Below the pieces are notes generated by a model that made no database searches, was not told the origin of the DNA, and worked only from the letters and a program-made list of their open reading frames with translations. This document shows, piece after piece, positions 1 to 10,597 of a stretch of 64,000 bases of DNA. Origin of the DNA: Paragordius varius (taxonomy: Eukaryota; Animalia; Nematomorpha); assembly GCA_964247055.1 (NCBI GenBank), contig OZ176053.1, forward strand, positions 806,001 to 870,000. The letters are read 5' to 3'. How positions within the stretch are numbered: position 1 is the stretch's first letter; each line of letters starts with the position of its first letter. The position numbers and the translations under genes were made by a program.

Positions 1-3000
1 GAACCGAAATTTCTGACGAAGATATTAGCAATATCATTTTTATGTGTGGACAGGTTTAAAGATTTATATTTCTAAAAGAGATTTATTTAAAAATTTAAAA
101 AAAATTCAATTATTTGAAAATAATTTTCCAGAAAAGTTTAATATTTTCATATATAGACTGGTTGATAATATTGATTTTTAACACAAATTTATTTAAGATT
201 ATTAAAAAATCTATTTTAAACTTATATTATGCATGTAATAAAAACTTTATACATTAAAAATGAAATTAAGAAATGTAAAAACTAAAATACAAATATTTTT
301 TTTCAACAAAAATATTTCATACTCCCTTGCCTGTATTTTTTGTGAATTTTTTACCCAATTTTTTGTAAGATAATCTATCGTTTTGAATTAAATTTCAATA
401 CACTCAATTATATTATATTTAATTATGGAAGAAAAATCTAGTTGTAAGGGTATGCTCTTTTATTCGTATAATTTCAATTGTTACTCTATTTATTTGTCCA
501 AATGTATTATTAAGCTAATCGAAATAGCAAAAAATTAATTTTGAAAAACAATTGACTATATATATACTATTGGACCATTCAAACTTTTTTATTATTTTTC
601 TTTAGATTCTAGAAATGGTGGATTATAGAGCACAACTGTTTGAGTATTTGAGAAATCGTGTAATGGCAATTGCTCCTAATTTAGCTGTCCTGGTTGGCGA
701 ATTAGTTGCGGCCAGGCTTATAGCTCATGCGGGTAAATTCGTTTTATTTTTTGTAACAATTAGTATTGATAATATTTAAAGCGTTGAGAATTTTTTAAAT
801 TTCTAATAAAATATTGGTGAAAGATTATAATATGGTATATTCTTAAGTAATTTTTGTTACCATTTTACAGTAAAAATGAAATAATAATGTAGACAAAACT
901 TGAAAACATAAAGACAAATAATATTTTTTGAAAAAAAAGACAAAAAATTATACTTTTTTAAACTTGATTTTTTTCACATATAATTCATTGTTGTAATCTG
1001 CAAAGTATAAAATAAAAATTTAAAATGGTAACATACATTCAATTATATATTTTACAATTGTAATAATTTAGGTTATGGAAAAAAATCAAGGTGGTTAGTA
1101 AAATATGGCTGCCATTTTTTTTAAGTTTGCATTTATAATTTTTACCCAATCTATTTTTTCCCCCTAAATTTTTATATTTCTGTGATAGAGAATTCGTTTT
1201 AATTTTATATTTTAACCCCTTTTAATCAAGGTTCCCTAATAAATTTGGCCAAATGTCCAGCATCTACCGTTCAAATTCTGGGTTCTGAAAAGGCCATGTT
1301 CCGCGCCCTTAAAACGAAGCACAATACCCCCAAGTATGGACTTTTATTTCATGCTACGCTTGTGGGCCAAGCTACTCAAAAGAATAAAGGAAGGGTAAGT
1401 TTTCGATAATATAAAAGTTAATTTGTACGGGCAAAATGTTAAAATATACCATTTACAGTTCAAATTCACCCTTGAACAATTCAAATTTACCCTCGTACAA
1501 TTCAAATTCACCCTTGAACAATTCAAATTTATCCTCGAAAAATTCAAATTCACCCTAAAAATAAATTGTGTATTTTCGAACTAATATAACTCATTATTTT
1601 TATGAAATATATGTTTATGTTATAGTTTATTATTTTTTCAGTATTATTTAAATTTAAATCAAAATTTTTATTTTTTAAAAATATATAAAAATATTGGTAA
1701 TTTTTAATCTCAAAAACATATATTTTATTTGAGGGTGAATTTGAATTGTTCGAGGGTGAATTTGAATTGTTTAAAGGTAAAATTGAATTGTAAATGTTAA
1801 AATATAAATACAAATATTTTTTTTGAAAAAGACTAACTTACTTTTTTAAACTTTAGTAGTTTTTCTAATATAAAATATTTAATTACGCCTGGAATATGTA
1901 AAGTTGATTGTGTTACCAATATACATATATAATACATATACTTATAAATTTAAAACAATAAACAATAATTAAAAAAATTAAGATTGAAAAAGTATGGTTT
2001 TCTTTTAGAAAAAATATTTGTCTTTATATTTTTTTATGCAAAAACTAACATAATAATACACAATAAATTTAAAATTACAGTAAAATTTGAAATTATACTA
2101 TGGACAAAAGGTAAAAATTAGTATAATTTCAACTTTTACTGTAATTTTAAATTTAATTTGTATTATTATTAAGTTTGTTTATAAATATAGCATTTTAGGT
2201 TTGAATTATAAAAGAATATAAGTACAGTAAAAATTGGAATTATACGGGGGACAAAAAGTGAAAATATAAAGACAAATATTTTTTTCAAAAAAAAACAACC
2301 ATACTTTTTTAATCTTGATTTTTTTATAATATAACTCATTGTTTTAAACTACAAAGTTAGAATAGTAAATTGGTAACACAATCAATTATGTAATTTACGA
2401 TTTTAATTAAATGTTTTTTATAAAATAAATTAAGGTTTATAAAAGTATGGTTGTTGTTTTTTAAAAAAAATTTTGTCTTTATATTTATACATTTTGTCCG
2501 TATAATTTCAATTTTTACTGTATATGTATTAATGTGTGTGTTATGAAATCGATTTTGAAAGGGTTTTTTGGATTGAACTGATAAGTTTAAGCCATTTAAC
2601 GATTTAATTAAAATATTTTAAAAAATAAAGAATTTTTTTAAAATTTATTTGCAAATTTTCTTTACTGTTATTTTTATTAAAATTACAAATAAATAAATAA
2701 ATATAATTATGGACACAAATAATATTAGCGCCTCAAAATTCTTGTGCTACAATGTAGAGTTTTTAATCTAAATTTTTTAGAACATTTAACGTATAAAATA
2801 AACTACTTTATCCCTAATTTTATTTCATACAGGAAAAAAATATAAAAAGTTATGGGGGGGTTTAAGAGGTGGGTATTCTGTTTTTTTTGTATATCCAAAA
2901 TATAGGTTGATTACAGTTGTGTATTCTTTATTTTATCAAAAATTTATTTTTTTCGTTAAATGCGTATAAATATTTGTTTATAAATGGAAAAAACAAGAGC

Positions 3001-6000
3001 TCTATGGTATTAACAATATCTATCAGATTCATCAAAAAGTATAAGAATTACCACCATAGAGCTCTTGTTTTTTTCCATTCTTTACATCAAATATTTATAC
3101 TACCTACCCATTTAACGAAAAAAATATAAATTTTTATCGGTAAAAAAAGGATACATGACTGTATATATATATATACCATTTACAGTTCAAATTCGCCCTT
3201 GAACAATTCAAATTCATCGTTAAATAATTCAAATTCACCTTAAAAATAAATTATGTGTGTTCGAACTAATATAACTAATTATTAGTATGAAATATAAGTT
3301 TATGGTATAGTTTATTATTTTTTAAGTTTCTATTTTAATTTAAAACACAATTTTTACTTTTTGTAAAAAAAAAACATATAAAATATAGGTAGGTATCTTA
3401 AAAACCTTTTATTTTTTGAGGTTGAATTTGAATTGTTCAAGGGCCAATTTGAATTGTAAAAGGGTGAATTTGAATTGTTCAAGGGTGAATTTGAATTGTT
3501 CAAGGGTGAAAATGAATTGTTTAAGGGTGAATTTGAATTGTTCAATGGTGAATTTGAATTGTTCAAGGGTGAAATTGAATTTTAAATGGTGAAATAAAAT
3601 TGTTCCAGGGTGAAATTAAATTGTTCAAGGGTGAAATTGAATTGTTCGAGGGTGAATTTGAATTGTTCCAGGGTGAAATAAAATTGTTCCAGGGTGAAAT
3701 TAAATTGTTCAAGGGTGAATTTGAATTGTTTAAGGGTGAAATTGAATTCTAAATGGTATATAAATTTTTCTGTAGATTAGCCGTATGTTAGCAACTAAAG
3801 CAGCTATAGCTACGCGTTTCGATGCCCTCGGGGATGGAACAAGCACCACGACTGGCCCCATGGATTTAGGTCTTGAACATAAGGCAAAACTCGAAATCCG
3901 CTTGAGATATTTGGAACAAAATCAGGTTAAATTAAACATTTACAGTAAAAATTGAAATTATATATATACGGACAAGTTAGTAGAAATATATAAAGACAAA
4001 TAATTTTTTTTTTCGTCAAAGGTAAACCATACTTTTTGTATACCTTAATTCATTCTTATTTAAATTATACAATTTGAATTATAAAGTATTAAATGTTTGA
4101 TTGAGTTACCAATATACTTCTCTAATTTTTACTTTGCAATTTTTAAGCATTATTTAAATTTAAAAAAAAAACAAGATTTAAAAAGTATAGAGTTGTCTTA
4201 AAATTACATTTTGTCCGTATAATATTAATTTTTACTGATATTTAATTAATTAATTACATTGTGTTTATTGATTGCGGTTTTTTCTAGAATAAAAAAATGA
4301 GTGGAACGAAAAAACCGACCTTTGCACCCCGATATGAAGACACAGAAGAGTAATTATTTGGATATAAATTTTTATTTTTTATCATAATATATTTTATAGA
4401 CCAAAAAATATTTTAATATTGTAGTGAAAAAATATTATAATAAATGAAGTTTTTTAACTTATTATATTATAAAATATTGATAAATCAATTGTTAAATAAA
4501 ACTATTTTTTATATTTTTATTTTAATTCTTACAATTCCAATATTGTCTTATAATATTATTGTTAATAATTAGTCAAAATAAGGTCCCTTATGATACAAGA
4601 TTGGATTCTACACTACCTACTGGGGCGGTCAAACGAAAAGCTCTAAATTTAACGCTAGAAAACGAAAATGGTATGCATAATTTAAATTTAATAGTTTCAA
4701 ATATATTATGTAAAATTTTAACGGTTATGTAATTTAAAACCAATTAAAATAATAAAAAGTTTTTATTGTGATTTTTTATGAATTATAATTTCTTAAATAT
4801 TATTTATCATTTTGTTGTGATTTTATTAAAACAAGAATAAATTTTATTTTATATTGGGAATATTATCGCCTCTATTACACTTATATATATAAAATTTTAA
4901 TTTTTTTGAGTCATAAATGATTTTTTATATCTATTTGTTGTTCCCAAAGAGCTTAGTTTTTTTAAGATTGTCATACGAGATTGTTATTATTACTAAGCTT
5001 TACAGTAAAATAAAATTATACAGGAAAAACGTGAAAACTAAAAGAGGCATCATTTTTAACCATATTTTTACACTTTAATATTTCCTCCATATACTATATA
5101 CTAATTATAGTAAAAATTGAAATTATACGGACAAAACGTAAAATATAAAGACAAATATTTTTTTTAAAAAAGACAACAACCATACTTTTTAAAAGCATAA
5201 TGTTTTCCATATAAGCTACTTAGTTACAATTGTAAAATATAGAATTGATTTTGGTAGTATATTTATTTCACACTTTGCCATTTATAATAATGAGTTATAT
5301 TGATATAAATCTAGATTTGAAAAGAATAGTTAGTTGTCTTTTAGAAAAGAATATTTGTCTTTATATTTTTACGTTTTGTCCGTATAATTTCAGTTTTTAC
5401 TGTTTTTAAATATATAATTGTGTGCTTTACCAAAAATTTCTATTCTCTATATGGCAAAAAAATCAAGGTTAAGAAAAGAGTTGTCTTTTTAAAAGATGTA
5501 TTCAATAAAAATTATTATACTATGGACAAAACTGAAATTATAAAGACAAATAAATATTTTTTTCAAAAGAGAATCATACTTTTGTAATCCTAATTTTTAG
5601 CATATAACTCATTGTTTAAAATGCAAAATACGAAATTGATATGTATATTGGTAATACAATCAATTATATATTTTACAACTATATTTAAATAATTTATATG
5701 GGACAAATTAAAGTGAAAAAAAGTATGGTTGTCATTTCGTTCGTATAATTTTAAGTTTTACTGTACGTTTTGGTTTGTATAATTTTAATTTTTAATGATT
5801 ATCTTTATTATATGTACCTTAGCTGATGATTTATAATTAAATAGTTTTTTTTATAAAAGGTCAAGATACCTGTTATTATAAATCTCGTGTATTGATAATT
5901 TTTTTTAAATCATAAATAATTATTTTTTTTCGCATCATTGGTGGAATATATAATGAATATAAAGAGTTAAGGTTAATATTTATAATGGTTTTACTAAAAA

Positions 6001-7124
6001 TAAAATTTTCTTTTTATATTACAGGACAAATTATAATTATACAAACAAAACGTAACAATATTTCTTTTTAAAAAGTCAAACATACTTTTCTTGAATAACA
6101 TTTGTTAAAATCCGTAAGATAACGATAAAGCAAAATTAAATGAAAGTATAAATAGAAATTATAAACGATATGTGAACCCTTCGTCAATAGTAATCGCAGA
6201 CTAGTTTCGTGCTTGTTAGCACTCATCAGTACGACACAACTATTTGACTAATTGGGGTTTTCACATATCGATTACGTATATATATCCAACTTTGCAATTT
6301 TGGTATAAATGCAGTTGGTTATACGAATTTAAATTAAATTTAATGGAATTGTATATATATATACGAAATCGATATGTGAAAACCCAAAGTAGACAAATAG
6401 TTGTGTCGTACTGATGAGTGCTAACAAGCACGAAACTAGTCTGCGATTACTATTGACGAAGGGTTTCACATATCGTTTATAATTTCTATTTATACTTTCA
6501 TTTAATTTTCCTTTATCGTTATCTTACGGATTTTAACAACTGTTATTACAAAACAAACATAACCAATCCGTTATTTGCCATAACAATACTTTTCTTGATT
6601 TTTTCATTGATTTAATTTCCAGAGTAATATAAAATAGAGTAGCATATGGGTAACTCAATCATTTGTTATCTTACACTTCAAAAATAATTTACAGAGGATA
6701 ATTAAAGTGTAAAAAGCATATTTGTTTTTTTGAAAAAATATTTGTCTTTATATTTTTACTTTTTGTTCTTTCGTATTTCTTTTTTTATTGTAATGTTTTA
6801 ATTGTGATATTAACAACCATAAATTTCTAATATTAATATTTAAAATTATATTTAATGATATAATTTTTGTTTGTAGAAACAAACATTGTCAAAAAATTAA
6901 AAATGTCCGATGAATCAGTAGTCAATGTTATGGAAACATCTTCTGTCTCAATTTCTACGAATAGTACGGAGATAACTGAAGGAAAAATTAAAAGTTATCA
7001 TTACACGTTTTTTGAAAATATATACCATTTACAATTCAATTTCACCCTTAAACAATTTAAATTCACGCTTGAACAACCCTTGAACAATTCAAATTCACCC
7101 TCAAATAAAATATATGTTTTTTAA
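1..7124 (+). CDS. NOP58: Nucleolar protein 58 (box C/D snoRNP), 5'-partial, 7 exons in window
   Basis: Phase-consistent GT-AG exons <1-53 ([17 protein letters not shown]), 606-732 ([26 protein letters not shown]), 1231-1394 ([38 protein letters not shown]), 3776-3925 ([19 protein letters not shown]), 4288-4349, 4573-4670 ([17 protein letters not shown]), 6877-? Nop domain plus the NOP58-type DSTLPT..KRK motif. End of the last exon is uncertain (open to 7124, running into a repeat). Confidence 0.93.
1445..1800. mobile_element. Foldback-type non-autonomous TIR element with 21-bp subterminal arrays (family B)
   Basis: Begins TATACCATTTACA, tandem TTGAACAATTCAAATTCACCC units, mirrored at the right end; whole element is an imperfect palindrome. 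Confidence 0.8.
2225..2520. mobile_element. TA-flanked MITE, Tc1/mariner-like (family A, representative copy)
   Basis: TA|CAGTAAAAATTG...~100-bp TIR...CAATTTTTACTG|TA. About 30 complete or partial copies, approximately 868-1145, 3943-4238, 5108-5402, 5500-5764, 6020-6793, 8662-8946, 17960-18240, 23472-23768, 24979-25174, 28991-29190, 31075-31378, 31570-31865, 32412-32647, 32955-33255, 34075-34350, 35635-35878, 41510-41758, 41783-42067, 44276-44575, 45370-45600, 49062-49490, 50977-51250, 51510-51755, 52120-52372, 52845-53120, 57863-58159, 58236-58537, 60442-60711. Confidence 0.88.
3172..3760. mobile_element. Family B foldback element with expanded right-arm 21-bp array
   Basis: TATACCATTTA...TAAATGGTATA termini; about 3 units on the left arm and about 15 units of GGGTGAATTTGAATTGTTCAA on the right (~3420-3750). 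Confidence 0.85.
6193..6235 (-). ncRNA. Minimal type I hammerhead ribozyme motif (antisense copy)
   Basis: Exact reverse complement of 6405-6447. Confidence 0.85.
6405..6447 (+). ncRNA. Minimal type I hammerhead ribozyme motif
   Basis: GUCGUA-CUGAUGA(6411-6417)-stem II GUGCU/AACA/AGCAC-GAAA-C-UA-G-U-C(6441, predicted cleavage 3' of C)-UGCGAU. All core nucleotides present; stem III is the palindrome ACUAGU; stem I GUCGUA/UGCGAU is extended by AAUAGU/ACUAUU and by a 15-bp helix 6370-6385/6461-6475. Confidence 0.88.
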
Positions 7125-7330
7125 GATTAAAAATACCTATATTTTATATATTTTTAAAAAATAAAAATTCTATTTTAAATTAAAATAATACTGAAAAAAT
7201 AATAAACTATACCATAAACATATATTTTATATTAATAATGAATTATATTAGTTCGAAAACACATAATTTATTTTTAGGGTTAATTTGAATTGTTCAAGGG
7301 TGAATTTGAATTGTTTAAGGGTGAATTTGA
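7021..7330. mobile_element. Family B foldback element (right end truncated)
   Basis: TATACCATTTACAATTCAA start, 21-bp units on both arms. Confidence 0.75.
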
Positions 7331-9591
7331 ATAATCTGTTTTTTATTTACATGACCTATTTTCACGGTCTTGGAAATGATTTTTTTTTGTAAATTATGTT
7401 TTTTTGAAGGCTATTATATTACTATATTTAAATGAGGTTTGATTGTCCAACCTAAAATGGCTTCGGTGGACCGCATTTCTAAAATACAGGGGGGCCGTAA
7501 AAACATATTTTATTAGATTTAAAACATTAGAAGACTGTGAGTAAAGGTAAACAATATAACTGCTAATGTTTCTTTAATATAATTGCTAATCCGTTTATTA
7601 ACTGGAGACTTAATTAAAAATTTGTTTAAGAAATATCAATTTCAATAGATTTTATGTGGTCCCTGTGGGCCGCGTGGACATCATTTAATAAATAATTGCA
7701 TGTTATTTGCCCTGTTTTGTTAATGTTTAAATTATTTTGTTTACCCCAATTTTATAAATTCTTATTTGGGTAAGCTTGTTTTGCCATTTTTACCTGGTAA
7801 TTTTATACATTGAAGTGCTATCAAAATTCAAAAATATTTCTTTTATAAATATTGCAAATTATTATCATTTACACAAAACTTATTATTTATTAATCATTAA
7901 ATTTTTATAATTAATTTTAAAAAACAAGTGGTAACTATATATATCGTAATTTTTTTTGGTTAAGTTTACTTTTTTGTATGGGCAATAGATATGGCATCTT
8001 TATAAAACTATTTTTTCTCATATATTTTTTCGATTCACACTTAATATTTTACATTGTGTTGACTTTAAGAACATTGTCTTTTTTAAACATGACATTTCGC
8101 ATAAATAGAAATTATTTTAAAAGTTTTAAAACCTGTATTTAACGGGAATGAATTTTAACAAAAACATAAATACATGCTTATTTTAAAATTGTATATGCTA
8201 ATTTTTATAAAAAATTATTGTTACATTGCAAGTTGATTTAAAAATTTTTAAGCCTTAGTTATAAACTAAATATAATAGATGTTTTTTATTTAATAATGTT
8301 CAAGTTTTTTATCAATTATGTTAGCTTTTGAATTTCTAGTATTGAAGTCATAGGATAAAAAATTATTTTTTAAAGAGTTTCCCAGTTTTTAAGCAATTTT
8401 TTATCATCGATGACATTAACCATTAATTACAACTTTAAGTTATTTATTTTTAACTCTTAATCACTTAACCCTTAATTCGGAAAACATACATTTTTACAGA
8501 TAATGATACCAGCGAGCTAAATAAAAGTTATGTCAAAATTTTAATATTTAGCCAAAATTAAAAAATGTAACCGCACATTTAGAAATAATTTATTTGCTAA
8601 ATATTAAAAATAATTTAATATATAAAAAATTTTTTATGAGTTCTAAATATCCAAATTATTACAGTAACAACTGAAATTATATACGGACAAAACGTAACAA
8701 CAAGACAAATCTTTTTTTTCTAAAAAACCATACTTTTTTAAACCTTAATTGTTGTCATATAAATTATATAATTACAATTTTAAAATATATAATTTATTGT
8801 GTCACCAATATAGATATAAATTATTATGCAATTTGAAACAATGAGTTATATATAAAAATTGAAGTAAGACAAGTATGGTTGTCTTTTTAAAAAAAAAGTT
8901 GTCTTTATATTTTAACGTTTTGTCCGTATAATTTCTGTTTTTACTGTAATAAACTCTTTCTTAAAATTGCAAGATAGCCGCATTCTAGCGACAAATTATA
9001 CGAAACAAATATTTAAATTTTTTATTAACAACATCGTTAGAGGGTTTAAGTTTTTATTAAGCTGGACGTTATATAATATATTATAAAACATGACTTTAAC
9101 AATTTGAGACTAAAGATATCTAGTACCTCAAAATTTTAATTGAAAAAGTAATTTTATTAAACAACTTATATAATAGTAAGCCATTTCATTAACGGGCTTT
9201 TAAATTTTTATTTTTGTTGGGCATGAGAAGTCATTGGTTAATTTTTGTTTTTTGTTGAGTTATATTAAAATATTGTGTGTCGACAATATTATCTCAAATT
9301 GACAATGTTAAAAAAATAGGCCTTTAATATGTAAAATAAGCGATAAAGAAAATTTATTTTTTAATCATTCTTTCGAGATTAATCTGAGTTATTAACCGTC
9401 TTCCAAAAAATATATAATAAAACATACATGTTTAATCCAAAGTTTTTGTAGGAAATACATTTTTTTAAGCCATATTTTTAGGATTTATTGATGTTTCGAT
9501 TGAAATATTTGCACCATTTTTGCATTTTTAAGATCTTGTTAGGACAAATTCTTAAATATAATCTTTAACGTTTTATATATTTTTTTACCCT

Positions 9592-10254
9592 AAATCATTG
9601 GTCTCGTCATACTGGGATTCAGCGCGTCGGCTAAATATCTTAGAAATATTTCGCATAACGTTTCCAGGTTAAATACATCTTTTTTGGATCTTAAATATAA
9701 ATAAAATATCTCACACTCACATATTTATAATATGGAAAAAATAATTCAATTTGTTAGAATTCAACAACCGATGCAGAAACATTAATGATACATTGGTTAA
9801 AAATTATTATATATAGATTTAACTAATCTTAAAATAGATACAAAATTAAAATCTATATTTGATTAAATATAAATTTATTTATGCTAATATTTTTAGTTTT
9901 GGCTTTATCAATATTTTTCTTCAAATTTTGCACGAATTCTACTAATTATAATAACTTTTAATAAAGTAATTCAATGTTAGATATGATTTCCAAGTTCAAT
10001 ATCATCTAATAAATCGTTCGCAAGTCCTACATATAATATACAATAATTTTTATTAAGATTTAAACGCTCAATAAGCCTTAATGTTACTAAAACATTATTA
10101 ATATCCATCCCAGATACTGTCAAATTTATAGAATTTGATATATTTTTTATAAATCCTACACTCATTTAACGAAGAGTATTTTTAAGCTCCAAACCCTGCG
10201 TGTAGTTTTTCTAAGATATTAGCTGACATTGAATTATGGAGAGACCAATGATTT
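9592..10254. mobile_element. Degenerate TIR element, ~660 bp
   Basis: AAATCATTGGTCTC...CTAAATATCTTAGAAA at 9592-9650 is mirrored by TTTCTAAGATATTAG...GAGACCAATGATTT at ~10207-10254. Confidence 0.5.
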
Positions 10255-10284
10255 TGAGAAAAACGATATTTTTATATTAAGAAA

Positions 10285-10597
10285 TATACCATTTATATAA
10301 TTCACCCTCGAACAATTCAAATTCACCATTGAACAATTCAAAATCACTCTAAAAATAAATTATGCGTTTTCGAACTAATATAACTCATTATTAATATAAA
10401 ATATATCTATATGTCATAGTTTATTATTTATTCAGTATTATTATAATTTAAAACAAATTTTTATTTTTTAAAAATATGTTTAATTTTAAAAACATATAAT
10501 TTTTTTGGGGGTGAGTTTGAATTGTTCGAGGGAGAATTTGAACTGTTCAGGGGTGAATTTGAACTGTTTAAGGGTGAATTTAAATTGTAATTGCCAT
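10285..10597. mobile_element. Family B foldback element
   Basis: TATACCATTTA start and 21-bp units on both arms. Further copies at ~24089-24340, ~31943-32223 and ~37745-37994. Confidence 0.75.

Larger units (their letters stand above)
6095..6585 (+). mobile_element. Penelope-like (PLE)-type inverted insertion carrying hammerhead motifs; no ORF
   Basis: 13-bp direct repeat ATACTTTTCTTGA at 6082-6094 and 6586-6598; inverted arms ~6094-6285 and ~6354-6547 (6 substitutions and 1 indel); unpaired 38-nt tail 6548-6585; inserted into a family A MITE inside a NOP58 intron. Confidence 0.72.

Noticed and set aside
3420-3750. Regular 21-bp repeats resembling a CRISPR array, and the NNSNSPL / RVNLNCS ORFs (1344-1553, 1550-1813, 3354-3566, 10461-10706)
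   Set aside because: Units are directly tandem with no unique spacers, sit in TIR arms in a eukaryotic genome, and the ORFs result from the 3n period.
54-6876. Intronic box C/D snoRNAs expected in a NOP58 host gene
   Set aside because: No convincing RTGATGA...CTGA pair with terminal stem was seen; the CTGATGA at 6411 is explained by the hammerhead core. A snoRNA covariance search would be needed to exclude them.
9977-10165. ORF with an SGNH-like ILYVGLAND motif
   Set aside because: Short, inside a TIR element, with no supporting exons or other catalytic blocks.
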